A stretch of 64,000 nt of DNA from Gemmatimonadales bacterium (GTDB lineage: Bacteria > Gemmatimonadota > Gemmatimonadetes > Gemmatimonadales > GWC2-71-9). Positions 41,529 to 50,471 of this stretch are shown here, piece by piece (the stretch's first letter is position 1; every line of letters starts with the position of its first letter). The translations under genes were made by a program, and so were the position numbers. The stretch covers positions 15,827-79,826 of the forward strand of contig DASWEL010000058.1 in NCBI GenBank assembly GCA_036394755.1, written 5' to 3'. Below the pieces are notes generated by a model. The model worked only from the letters and a program-made list of their open reading frames with translations, was not told the origin of the DNA and ran no database searches.

Positions 41529-42332
41529 ATGAAGATCGGGCGCATCGGCTATATCAACTGCGCGCCGGTCTATGGGGCGATCGACCGTGGCGTCGTGGCG
41601 CTGCCGCCAGGTGGCGAGCTCGTCACCGGCACACCCGCCGAGCTGAACGATTTGCTCGTCGCGGGCGAGCTGGACATGAGCGTGATCAGCGCGATCGAGT
41701 ACGCACGCCACGCCAAAGACCTGGTGCTCCTGCCGGAGCTCGCCATTTCCTGCGACGGACCGGTAAGAAGCGTGGCACTGTTTAGTCGTCGGACGGTCGG
41801 ACAGTTGGACGGTCGGACGGTGCTGCTGTCGGCGTCGTCGCGGACGTCGGTTGCCCTACTCGAGCTCCTGTGCCGCGACGTGTGGAAGATCAAACCGCGT
41901 TTCGCCGAAGCTCGCGCTGAGGCCCAAGACCTCGACGCGCTGGCCGCGCTCCCGCATGAGGCCGTGCTCGTGATTGGGGACGCCGCCCTCGCCCTCGCGG
42001 CCAAAGGGACGTATCCGCATCGCTACGATCTGGGTGAGGAGTGGAAGCGCTGGACCCGCCAACCGTTCGTGTTCGCGGTCTGGGCAGCCCAGCGATCGGC
42101 TGACCCCGGCGCCGTGCGCCGGGGTCACACAGCCCTGCTTACCTCCCGTGCGTGGGGCCTTGGCCACCTCGACGATCTCGCCGCCGAGGCGTCGAACAAG
42201 ACCGGAGTCCCTGTTGCGACATGTCGCGAGTACCTGGGTGGCCTCGACTACGCGTTCAGCGACCAACACCGCACGGCGCTGACGGACTTTCTGCGGCGCG
42301 CCGGCACGCCGCAATTCGTGCAGGTAGCCTGA
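41529..42332 (+). CDS. mqnA: Chorismate dehydratase MqnA (menaquinone biosynthesis via futalosine)
   Basis: MKIGRIGYINCAPVY N-terminus typical of MqnA. Alternative GTG start at 41520. Confidence 0.8.
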   Translation: MKIGRIGYINCAPVYGAIDRGVVALPPGGELVTGTPAELNDLLVAGELDMSVISAIEYARHAKDLVLLPELAISCDGPVRSVALFSRRTVGQLDGRTVLLSASSRTSVALLELLCRDVWKIKPRFAEARAEAQDLDALAALPHEAVLVIGDAALALAAKGTYPHRYDLGEEWKRWTRQPFVFAVWAAQRSADPGAVRRGHTALLTSRAWGLGHLDDLAAEASNKTGVPVATCREYLGGLDYAFSDQHRTALTDFLRRAGTPQFVQVA

Positions 42333-43372
42333 TGGTCGATCGCACCAGTCCCGAATTCCGGTCTTACCTCGAGCTCTACGAGCGCGCCCCGCTGCTCGAG
42401 CTGGGCCAGCTCGCGGATGACGTCCGGTGGAAGCTGCATCCCGAGAACGTCGTCACGTACATCATCGACCGAAACATCAATTACACGAACGTCTGCGTCG
42501 CCGACTGCAAGTTCTGCGCGTTCTATCGGCGCCCCAAACATCCCGAGGGGTACCTGCTGTCGTTCGAGGAAATCGGCCGCAAGATCAACGAGCTCAAGGC
42601 AATCGGCGGCGTGCAGATTCTGATGCAGGGCGGACACAACCCCTACATCCCGTTCGAGTGGTATCTCGATCTGCTGCGCTACATCAAGCGCCACCACCCG
42701 ATCCACATCCACGGCTTCTCGCCCTCGGAGGTCGACTTCTTCGCGGGCCGGTTCGGCATGTCGATCGAAGCGGTCATCAGGGAGCTGATGGCGGCTGGTC
42801 TCGACTCGATTCCCGGCGGCGGCGAGATCCTCGTGCAGAGCGTGCGCGACCAGGTCGCCCGCAAGAAGGCGGGGGCGGATCGCTGGCTCGAGGTCATGGA
42901 GATCGCGCACCGGCTCGGGCTGCGGACGTCGGTCACCATGATGTATGGCCTCGGCGAAACCCTCGCCGATCGAATCGAGCACCTGTTCCGCGTGCGCGAA
43001 GTGCAGCGCAGAACCCGTGGCTTCACGGCGTTCATCTGCTGGCCGCTGCAGCCCGAGAATTCCGAGCTCGCGCACCTGCCGAAGACCGACGCGGTTACCT
43101 ATCTCAAGACGCAGGCGATCGCGCGCATCGTGCTCCCGGACGTCCCCAACATCCAGGCGTCGTGGGTCACCATGGGGATGAAGGTGGGCCAGGTAGCGCT
43201 TCGCTTCGGCGCGAACGATTTCGGCTCGCTCATGATGGAAGAGAACGTCGTCTCGGCGGCGGGCACGACGAATCGCACCACGCTGAGCGAGATGCAGCGG
43301 CTGATCGCGGATGCGGGTTACACGCCCAAGAAACGGAAGCAGGACTACACCATCCTGGAAGACGCCGCCTGA
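42332..43372 (+). CDS. mqnC: Radical SAM cyclic dehypoxanthinyl futalosine synthase MqnC
   Basis: ATG 42332 overlaps the mqnA stop. IIDRNINYTNVCVADCKFCAFYR motif. Confidence 0.75.
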   Translation: MVDRTSPEFRSYLELYERAPLLELGQLADDVRWKLHPENVVTYIIDRNINYTNVCVADCKFCAFYRRPKHPEGYLLSFEEIGRKINELKAIGGVQILMQGGHNPYIPFEWYLDLLRYIKRHHPIHIHGFSPSEVDFFAGRFGMSIEAVIRELMAAGLDSIPGGGEILVQSVRDQVARKKAGADRWLEVMEIAHRLGLRTSVTMMYGLGETLADRIEHLFRVREVQRRTRGFTAFICWPLQPENSELAHLPKTDAVTYLKTQAIARIVLPDVPNIQASWVTMGMKVGQVALRFGANDFGSLMMEENVVSAAGTTNRTTLSEMQRLIADAGYTPKKRKQDYTILEDAA

Positions 43373-43373
43373 G

Positions 43374-43769
43374 ATGCCCGACGTCCTGATTCTCGTCGGC
43401 TCGGAATCCGACAAACCCCGCATCGAGCCGGCGTTCGATATCCTCACCAAGGCCGGCTTCTCCTACGAGTTCTACGCCTCGTCCGCTCACCGGCAACCCG
43501 AGCAGACCGGTGACCTGGTGAAGAATGCGCGCAAGAAGGGATTTAGAGTCGTGATTGCCGGGGCAGGGCTGTCCGCCGCGCTCCCAGGATTCGCCGCATC
43601 GCTGACCGACCTGCCCGTGATTGGCGTGCCGTTTGCCGTCGGGCCGTTGAATGGCCTGGATGCGCTGCTCGCCACGGTGCAGGTGCCCCCGGGGGTGCCG
43701 GTCGCGACGGTGGGGATCGATAACGCCAAGAACGCGGCGCATCTGGCGATTCGGATTCTGAAGGGCTGA
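43374..43769 (+). CDS. Short PurE (AIR carboxylase) family protein, 131 aa
   Basis: VGSESD, SAHRQP, PVIGVP and VQVPPGVPVATVGI motifs. Starts 2 nt after the mqnC stop. Confidence 0.8.
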   Translation: MPDVLILVGSESDKPRIEPAFDILTKAGFSYEFYASSAHRQPEQTGDLVKNARKKGFRVVIAGAGLSAALPGFAASLTDLPVIGVPFAVGPLNGLDALLATVQVPPGVPVATVGIDNAKNAAHLAIRILKG

Positions 43770-43796
43770 ACGTCAGCCCCTGATTATTTCAGAGGG
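43763..43796. terminator. Hairpins between convergent genes (possible bidirectional terminator)
   Basis: GGGCTGA-ACG-TCAGCCC (43763-43779), followed by an overlapping imperfect stem CCCCTGA-TTATT-TCAG(A)GGG. Lies between the PurE-like stop (43769) and the NIPSNAP stop (43784). T-rich loop and flank. Confidence 0.35.
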
Positions 43797-44254
43797 CTAT
43801 AGTTGGTCGCCACCATGAACGTGTTATCGACGTCGACGCTCACCTGCATGTCGGTGCGCGTTTTCACCCACTCCGGATCCGCGCTAAACGCGGCCCACGC
43901 CGCATCCCTCGCAGCCGCATCGCGGTAGGCGAGTATGTACACGAGCTGATCGAGCCTGGCGACGGGCTGCCAGAATCCGACGACGGTCATCTCGTGCTTT
44001 TGAAACAGCGCGATCGTATGGTCCCGAAAACGGGCGTGCAGGACGTCGGCCGAGCTGCCTGCTCGCACTGTGTACGTGCGGAGCTCGAAGCAGCGCGACT
44101 CTGCTGCCGTGTTCTTGATATCAACGCCGGGACCGCACGGTGGCGTCGCGGCCCGCACCGGTAACGCGCGCCGGGGCGACGGGACATCGTGCGATGACGG
44201 GGCGGCGGTCGAGCCGAGCATGGCGATGGTCAGGTATATGAGCCGTGTGTTCAT
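43784..44254 (-). CDS. NIPSNAP family protein with signal peptide
   Basis: FELRTYTV...HTIALFQKHEMTVVGFW...ILAYRDAAARDAAW matches the NIPSNAP dimeric alpha-beta barrel pattern. Confidence 0.7.
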   Translation of the reverse strand: MNTRLIYLTIAMLGSTAAPSSHDVPSPRRALPVRAATPPCGPGVDIKNTAAESRCFELRTYTVRAGSSADVLHARFRDHTIALFQKHEMTVVGFWQPVARLDQLVYILAYRDAAARDAAWAAFSADPEWVKTRTDMQVSVDVDNTFMVATNYSPLK

Positions 44255-44308
44255 CGCATCTCCTGGTGTGTGATTTGGCTTTTCCCCGCGCGGCCCTCGC
44301 GTTACGGC

Positions 44309-44932
44309 TCAACGCGGCAGTAGCCCACGGTGTTGCAATTCGCTGCGCAATTGATCTGGCGACTCGAATCGAATCGTCTCGAATCCCAACGACCTGGCTG
44401 TGGAGATGTTCTCTTCTGAATCATCAATGAATAAGCACTCGCTGGCCGATCGGGCGATCCGCTCGAGCAACGCCTCGAAGATCCCGGGGGCCGGCTTGAT
44501 CAGTTTGACATCGCCGGACAGCAGAATCGTGTCGAACAGCTGAAAGAAGGCGTACTTGGCACGCACCGCGCCGAACTTTTCGCTGGACCAGTTGCTCAGC
44601 CCGTACAGCTCGAAGCCGGCGTGCTTTAGGGGCAGCAGCAGGTCGACCGTCCCTTGCAGCGGCCCGGCGATCGATTCCTCCCAGCGCTCGTGATATGCCT
44701 GGATGAGCTCGGCGTAGGATGGGAATTGCTGCACCAGCTCGGCGACGGCGAGCGAAAACGCCCGGCCGGCATCCTGCTGCTGATTCCATTCGGCGAAGCC
44801 GATCTCGGCGAGAAAGCGCTCCATCGCCGTGTCGTCGCCCGGGAACAGCTTGCGATAGAGGTAGCGCGGATTCCAGTCCATCAGCACGCCGCCGAAGTCG
44901 AAGACGATCGCGCGTATGCGAGTCGGGAGCAT
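44309..44932 (-). CDS. HAD superfamily hydrolase (subfamily IA-like)
   Basis: N-terminal IVFDFGGVL (DxG/D nucleophile motif) and C-terminal FIDDSEENI motif. Confidence 0.8.
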   Translation of the reverse strand: MLPTRIRAIVFDFGGVLMDWNPRYLYRKLFPGDDTAMERFLAEIGFAEWNQQQDAGRAFSLAVAELVQQFPSYAELIQAYHERWEESIAGPLQGTVDLLLPLKHAGFELYGLSNWSSEKFGAVRAKYAFFQLFDTILLSGDVKLIKPAPGIFEALLERIARSASECLFIDDSEENISTARSLGFETIRFESPDQLRSELQHRGLLPR

Positions 44933-44938
44933 CGTTCT

Positions 44939-46357
44939 TTAGAACAGCCCCACCTTGCCCCGCACCGATTCGATCAGCTTCGCAGGGTCATATCCCACGC
45001 CCTGCTTAAACACCAAAGTGACATGCCGGATATCGGCAATAGTGGCCGCGGGATTGCCGTCGATCACCACGAGGTCCGCCTGTTTGCCCACCGCTATCGA
45101 GCCGATGCGATCCGCCCGGCCCAGGTACGTCGCGCCGTTCAGGGTGCAGACCTTGATCGCCTCGATCGGCGTCAAGCCACTCTCGACGAGCAGCTCGACC
45201 TGCCGCTGATCAGAGTAACCGGCGATCACGCCGCCGGCACCGGTCGGGTCTGTCCCTGCCAAGAGCAGCCCGCCGGCGCGGAAGAACGCGACTTCCATCG
45301 CGCGGTCGACCGGCAGGAACTTGGCGATCGGTGACGTCGTGTTCTGCTGCACGCGCGCGTATTGCTGGTCGTACTGCGACTTGAGCAGGGGATCGAGCAC
45401 GTCGATTCCGGGCGGCACCGGCCCGGGGGCGAACGTCTCGAACACCGTCAACGTCGAGGTGATCGCGACGTGATGAGCAATGAGGTGCTGCACCAGAGAA
45501 GTGAACTCCGGCGATTTCGGATCGAAGGCGTTGAGGCCCGCGATCGCCGCGCTCTGCCCGGGACAGACATCGGGCTGCTTGTCTTTGACGAAATCGGTGG
45601 AGGCGAGGAACCCATGCTCCAGGTCGTCGATGCCGAGCTCTGCGGCTTCGCGGTAGGTGACCGAGCAGAGATGGCCGGTGATCTTGAGCCCCCGCCGGTG
45701 CGCTTCATCCACCGCCGCGGCCAGCTCCGCGCGGGTGATGTTCATGTATGCTTTGAACGACGTCGCGCCGGCGTCCGCCCAGAATGCGACGAAGCGGCGC
45801 GCGTCGGCCGAGTCCTTCAACGCGTACATCTGTGTGAACGGGGAGGGGCCGTTTACGTAAGGCGCTGTGGCGTCGATCCAGGGTCCCACCTGATTCCCGG
45901 CCTTGATCGCCGCGGCGAGGTTCAGGTCGGCGTAGCCGCCGACGTTGCCGCCGGTCCGCATCGACGTGACCCCGCCCGCGAGGTACAGCCGGGAGAAGCT
46001 CACGTAATCGGCGCCGTAGACCCCGGGACCGGTCGGGTAATAGAGGTGCTCGTGCATCATGACGAGGCCCGGGATCACGGACTTCCCCGTGAGGTCCATC
46101 ACGTACGCGCCCTGCGGCGTTGTGATCGAGCGGGCGGCGCCGAGCGCGACGATGTTGCCATCGCGGATGATCAGCGTCTGGTCTTCCTTGGGTGCAGCGC
46201 CGGTGCCATCGATGACGCGCACGTGCGTGAGGGCCACCACCGGCGTGTCGACCGCGACGTATGGCTTCACCGCGGCGGCGAGCGTCGGGCGCTGGGCTGC
46301 GGCGAGCGCGGGAACGAGGAGCAGGGCGCCGAGGGCGCCGAGAGTGGTCGTCGACAT
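44939..46357 (-). CDS. Secreted amidohydrolase family protein (metal-dependent hydrolase)
   Basis: Signal peptide. VIPGLVMMHEHL metal-binding motif. C-terminal GSIAVGKQADLVVIDGNP typical of amidohydrolases. Confidence 0.8.
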   Translation of the reverse strand: MSTTTLGALGALLLVPALAAAQRPTLAAAVKPYVAVDTPVVALTHVRVIDGTGAAPKEDQTLIIRDGNIVALGAARSITTPQGAYVMDLTGKSVIPGLVMMHEHLYYPTGPGVYGADYVSFSRLYLAGGVTSMRTGGNVGGYADLNLAAAIKAGNQVGPWIDATAPYVNGPSPFTQMYALKDSADARRFVAFWADAGATSFKAYMNITRAELAAAVDEAHRRGLKITGHLCSVTYREAAELGIDDLEHGFLASTDFVKDKQPDVCPGQSAAIAGLNAFDPKSPEFTSLVQHLIAHHVAITSTLTVFETFAPGPVPPGIDVLDPLLKSQYDQQYARVQQNTTSPIAKFLPVDRAMEVAFFRAGGLLLAGTDPTGAGGVIAGYSDQRQVELLVESGLTPIEAIKVCTLNGATYLGRADRIGSIAVGKQADLVVIDGNPAATIADIRHVTLVFKQGVGYDPAKLIESVRGKVGLF

Positions 46358-46457
46358 GGGGTGAGACTAGCACCAAGTTCGATGACTGACCAGGCAGCGT
46401 AAATTAGATGTTGCTGAGATTGAAATTGGTGCCAAGATCTGTGGGAAAGGAGTTACC

Positions 46458-46853
46458 ATGGACGACGTGGGAGTCTTTCGCACGACGATTGAAATCCAGA
46501 ATCTGGACCTGCGCGGCCCGGGCCGTGCACTGCCGGAGACCTTGGTCGATACCGGAAGCGAGTTTACGTGGATTCCGCGCGGGGTGCTCGAGGAGCTGGG
46601 CATCCGTACGCAGCGGAAACAAGCTTTCGAAGTCGCCGATGGTCGTCGCATCGAGCGCGATATCGGCTACGCGTTGGTGCGCGCAGCCGGGACGGAAGCG
46701 CCGGATCTGGTCGTCTTCGCGGAACCGGGCGACATGACTCTGCTTGGCGCCCACTCACTCGAGGGGCTGAACCTCAAGATCGATCCCGTGAGGAAGCAAT
46801 TGGTACCGGCGGGGCCCGTGATCACAGCGGCGCACGAGTGGGTCGAGCGCTAA
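46458..46853 (+). CDS. Retropepsin-like (clan AA) aspartic protease domain protein
   Basis: LVDTGSEFTWIP active-site motif (DTG) in a 131-aa stand-alone protein. AAGGAG Shine-Dalgarno upstream. Confidence 0.65.
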   Translation: MDDVGVFRTTIEIQNLDLRGPGRALPETLVDTGSEFTWIPRGVLEELGIRTQRKQAFEVADGRRIERDIGYALVRAAGTEAPDLVVFAEPGDMTLLGAHSLEGLNLKIDPVRKQLVPAGPVITAAHEWVER

Positions 46854-47719
46854 CGTACTTTGGCGCCGGCTCGGTCCCGACCGTACTGGTGCAGCACGAG
46901 CCCGGTGACCGCGCCCCGCGCGCCCCACGTGAACGTGACTTGCGCATCGGCCTCCTTGACGAAGAAGTCGCTGGGCGACTCGGGCCAGAGCTGCACCGGC
47001 CCGTTCCCTGTGCTCGTCTGGGCAAAGAGGGAGTCGCCCTTGAGCGTCACCCGCAGTTCGAACCCCGGCGCGAGCCGGTACAGACCGACGTACTTCGCCA
47101 GCGCCGCGCGCGAGAGCGCGATCGCCGTCCGCGGCTTGGGCGGCAGCGCCGACGGCGGGATCAGGCCGAGCAGGCGCATGTACGTCGCCAGCTGACTGTA
47201 GTGTTCGGCCAGGTCCGTCTCGAAGGCGAGCAAGCTGCTCGCGAGCGCGGCCGATCGCAGCCCGCCTGCGCGGTCCAGGGCGCTGTCGCAGAACCGGAGC
47301 GAGGCGCGCAGGCGCTCGACGAGCGTGTCCTTGGGCCAGCGGGCCTTGACGGTGTCGGCCAGCGAGTCCTGAGCGACCCTCGGGTGCTTGAGCTCCGAGA
47401 AGCGCTCGCAGAGCGCGTAGTTGGCGTTCTCGAGATGCTGGGCGATGTAGCCGACTGACTGTTGCCCGGGCGTCGGCCGGTAGTCGTAGCGGCCCGCCGG
47501 AATCGAGTCGAAGGCGGCGACCAGCCGGCTGCCGTACACGTCGGCAAAGCGCCCGAAGACGAGCATGACGCCGTCGGGCGTCTGGGCGAACGCGTAGCCG
47601 GGGATCGCCAACGCGACGAAGGCCGGGAGCAACGTCAGAGAGATGCGGCGCAAGGGGCCTCGGTGTGCGGTCGCACTCCTTAATCTACGCGCGCCGCCAG
47701 CTTCCGCTTTTTGGCACAT
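46850..47719 (-). CDS. DinB family protein with an extra C-terminal beta-rich domain, signal peptide (start uncertain)
   Basis: YDYRPTPGQQSVGYIAQHLENANYALCERF is a DinB-like pattern. The longer ORF-track start (47800) would overlap the ispF 5' end, so ATG 47719 is preferred. Confidence 0.6.
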   Translation of the reverse strand: MCQKAEAGGARRLRSATAHRGPLRRISLTLLPAFVALAIPGYAFAQTPDGVMLVFGRFADVYGSRLVAAFDSIPAGRYDYRPTPGQQSVGYIAQHLENANYALCERFSELKHPRVAQDSLADTVKARWPKDTLVERLRASLRFCDSALDRAGGLRSAALASSLLAFETDLAEHYSQLATYMRLLGLIPPSALPPKPRTAIALSRAALAKYVGLYRLAPGFELRVTLKGDSLFAQTSTGNGPVQLWPESPSDFFVKEADAQVTFTWGARGAVTGLVLHQYGRDRAGAKVR

Positions 47720-47766
47720 GTACAGGTACCAGTACATTATGGGCACCCCATGAGACCGGTCTCCTA

Positions 47767-48276
47767 ATGCGCGTCGGCATCGGTTACGACTCACATCCAT
47801 TCGCGGCCGGCCGCAAGTTGATCCTCGGCGGTGTCGAGATCCCCAATGCCAAAGGGCTTGTCGGTCATTCCGACGCCGACGCCGTCGCCCACGCCGTCAC
47901 CGACGCCATCCTCGGCGCCGCCGGCCTCGGCGACATCGGCCGCATGTTTCCCAACGACGACCCGCTGTGGAAAGACGCCAGCTCCCTCGACCTGCTCAAC
48001 AAGGCGTTTCTCAAGGTCGTCGAGGCGGGATTCCAATTTGTGCACGCCGACGTCACGGTCATCATGGAGAAGCCGAAACTGGCGCCGTATCTGGACCAGA
48101 TGAAGGAACGGCTGGCGGAGGCACTGCTGACTGGACCGGCGCACGTGTCGGTGAAGGCGAAAACGAACGAAGGGATGGGGTGGATCGGACGGGGTGAGGG
48201 CATCGCCGTGATGGCGGTGGCAACGCTCGCCGGGCCGAGCGCCACACGGCCGAGCGGAGGGCATTCGGTCCCCTGA
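47767..48276 (+). CDS. ispF: 2-C-methyl-D-erythritol 2,4-cyclodiphosphate synthase
   Basis: MRVGIGYDSHPF and GHSDADAVAHA motifs. Confidence 0.93.
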   Translation: MRVGIGYDSHPFAAGRKLILGGVEIPNAKGLVGHSDADAVAHAVTDAILGAAGLGDIGRMFPNDDPLWKDASSLDLLNKAFLKVVEAGFQFVHADVTVIMEKPKLAPYLDQMKERLAEALLTGPAHVSVKAKTNEGMGWIGRGEGIAVMAVATLAGPSATRPSGGHSVP

Positions 48277-48878
48277 CGGACTTTCTCGCGTTTCTCGAGC
48301 AGCTCCCCACCGGGCCTCTCTACGCGCTGATCGCGGTGCTGGCCGCCGTCGAAAACATTTTCCCGCCGGTCCCTGCCGATGTATCCGTGGCCCTCGGGGC
48401 ATTCCTGGCGGGGAGGGGCTACATGAACGCCTGGCTCGTGTTCGGGCTGGCGTGGGTCGCGAACGTGGGTTCCGCGGCCGGGGTCTACGCCCTGGCGCGA
48501 CGCCATGTGGCGCTGGTCTCTCGCGGCTTGCTGGGCCGCCACATCTTCACACCGAGTACCGTCGCGCACATCGAGGAGCAGTATCGCCGGCACGGGGCCT
48601 ACGGCATCTTTTTCTCGCGCCTGCTGCCGGTGTGGCGTGGCGTGGTGATGCCGTTCGCGGGGATTGCCCGCCTGCCCGCGTGGCGCGCGCTGATTCCCAT
48701 GGCGCTCGCCTCGGCCATCTACTATGGAGCACTGACGTACCTCGTGAGCCGGTTGGGCACAGACCTGGATGTGGTGCTGCGCATCGTCCGGGGCGTGAAC
48801 ACGGGGCTCGCCGTCGTCGCCGGAGTGCTCATTGTGGTGATCGCGCTATGGATCATTCGTCGCCGTCGACGCCGCTAG
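48273..48878 (+). CDS. DedA family membrane protein (first canonical start is GTG 48336, but the conserved N-terminus appears to begin upstream)
   Basis: AVENIFPPVPAD and GIFFSRLLPVWRG are DedA hallmarks. The TM1-like PLYALIAVLAAV lies upstream of GTG 48336, in frame back to CTG 48273 (CTGA overlap with the ispF stop). Confidence 0.7.
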   Translation: MTDFLAFLEQLPTGPLYALIAVLAAVENIFPPVPADVSVALGAFLAGRGYMNAWLVFGLAWVANVGSAAGVYALARRHVALVSRGLLGRHIFTPSTVAHIEEQYRRHGAYGIFFSRLLPVWRGVVMPFAGIARLPAWRALIPMALASAIYYGALTYLVSRLGTDLDVVLRIVRGVNTGLAVVAGVLIVVIALWIIRRRRRR

Positions 48879-49762
48879 CCTGGAGCCTCGAGCGCTTCCG
48901 CGACTACCTCGCTCTCGAGGCGGGCAATAGCGCGAATACCGTCGAGAGCTACCTGCGCGACATCACGCGCCTCACCGAATACGCCACGAGTCGCGGGGCA
49001 AAAACGCCGCAGCAGCTATCCGCGGCTCAGCTGCGGGAGTTCATCTACTTTCTCAAAGACCTCGGGCTCGCGCCCACCACGATTCGCCGCCAGATCTCGG
49101 CGATTCGGACGTACTTCAAGTTCCTGGTGGGGGAGGGAATCGCGGCCCGCGACCCCAGCGAGCGGATCGAGTCACCGAAACGGTGGCGCACGCTGCCGGC
49201 GGTCCTGACCCTCCCGGAAATCGACAAGCTCCTTGCCGCCCCGAACACCGACGAGCCGCTCGCCATTCGCGACCGCGCGCTCCTCGAGTTCGCCTACGCC
49301 ACCGGCGTACGCGTGTCCGAGCTGGTCGCGTTGAAACTGCAAGACATCATGTTCGAGGATGGGGTCGCGCGCGTGTTCGGGAAGGGTGCGAAGGAGCGGC
49401 TGGTGCCGGTCGGCAGGCGAGCGCTGGGAGCCGTCGCGCTGTACGCGCGCGAGATCCGCCCCACGCTCGATCGGGGCAAGACGCACGGCTTTCTCTTTCT
49501 CAACGCGCGCGGCACCCCACTCTCACGCGTGGGTGCTTGGGGCGTCATCAAGGCGACCGCCCGCCGAGCGGGGTTGGCGAAGCGTGTGACCCCGCATACC
49601 CTGCGGCACACCTTCGCCACACATCTCCTGGAGGGCGGAGCCGATCTCCGAGCCGTGCAGGAGATGCTGGGCCACGCCGATCTCTCGACGACGCAGCTCT
49701 ACACCCACGTGGATCGGGATTACCTCCGTACCGTCCATAAGAGCTACCATCCGCGGCCTTAG
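48848..49762 (+). CDS. xerD: Tyrosine recombinase XerD/XerC family
   Basis: ARGAKTPQQL...RHTFATH...LGHADLSTTQLYTHV...YHPRP. ATG 48848. Overlaps the DedA 3' end by 31 nt. Confidence 0.85.
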   Translation: MDHSSPSTPLAWSLERFRDYLALEAGNSANTVESYLRDITRLTEYATSRGAKTPQQLSAAQLREFIYFLKDLGLAPTTIRRQISAIRTYFKFLVGEGIAARDPSERIESPKRWRTLPAVLTLPEIDKLLAAPNTDEPLAIRDRALLEFAYATGVRVSELVALKLQDIMFEDGVARVFGKGAKERLVPVGRRALGAVALYAREIRPTLDRGKTHGFLFLNARGTPLSRVGAWGVIKATARRAGLAKRVTPHTLRHTFATHLLEGGADLRAVQEMLGHADLSTTQLYTHVDRDYLRTVHKSYHPRP

Positions 49763-50397
49763 CGACTCCCCCCGCTTGCCGCAGCGCGATCGCCGCTCAA
49801 GAACACCGCAATCGCCGCTGCGTCCGCGTCACTCAATCCGAGGTCCAGCATGACCTGTGACGACGGGTTCTTCATTTTCTGAATGACGTATTCGCGCGCC
49901 AGATGCCGCCCGCCGAGCTCCGGTCCCACGGTGATGACCTGATTGTCGGGACGGTCGGTGAGGTCACTATTCGCGTGGCACGTATTGCACCCCTTGGCGA
50001 CGAAGAGCAGCTGGCCACGGTCGCGCGCCAGCAGCGCAGGTCGTGAGCCCCCCGCCGCGACGACGGTCTGCGGATACAGTCGCAGCTCGTTGTTGCCGAA
50101 CCCGCTCCTGATCGTCAGACGGACTTCGCCCGCCGCGGGTGCCGTGAACGTCACCGCATAGGCGCCCGCGGCAGATCGGGCTACGGCGGGAATGACGGCT
50201 TCGCGAGCCGCCGGGGAGGCGATTACCAGCTCCGGCCGCAGCCCGCTCAACAGCGTCCGGCCGTGCTGCCGCACTTGAAACTCGATCGTGTATTGCTGTC
50301 CTGCGACGAAGTACTCCGGTAGGTCCTTGACCGTGACGACCGCCCATCCACCCATTGCTACTAGCCCCGCGGTTAGTGCCGCCACAAGTTTCAGCAT
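49759..50397 (-). CDS. Membrane-anchored/periplasmic cytochrome c domain protein
   Basis: CNTCH haem-binding motif. ATG 50397 preceded by AAGGAGG. The N-terminal helix MLKLVAALTAGLVAMGG acts as signal or anchor. Confidence 0.7.
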   Translation of the reverse strand: MLKLVAALTAGLVAMGGWAVVTVKDLPEYFVAGQQYTIEFQVRQHGRTLLSGLRPELVIASPAAREAVIPAVARSAAGAYAVTFTAPAAGEVRLTIRSGFGNNELRLYPQTVVAAGGSRPALLARDRGQLLFVAKGCNTCHANSDLTDRPDNQVITVGPELGGRHLAREYVIQKMKNPSSQVMLDLGLSDADAAAIAVFLSGDRAAASGGSR

Positions 50398-50471
50398 GAG
50401 GTCCTCCTTCGGGCTTGGTGTATCCATGAAACGTGTCTTCATATGATGCCGCTGACCGCGCGGCGGTTTAG

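Noticed and set aside
48848-49762. Tyrosine recombinase as a possible marker of an integrated mobile element or genomic island.
   Set aside because: The sequence looks like housekeeping XerD/XerC (LGHADLSTTQLYTH...YHPRP ending). There is no adjacent tRNA, no direct repeats, and no phage or transposon genes. The neighbours are core genes (ispF, DedA, trpG).
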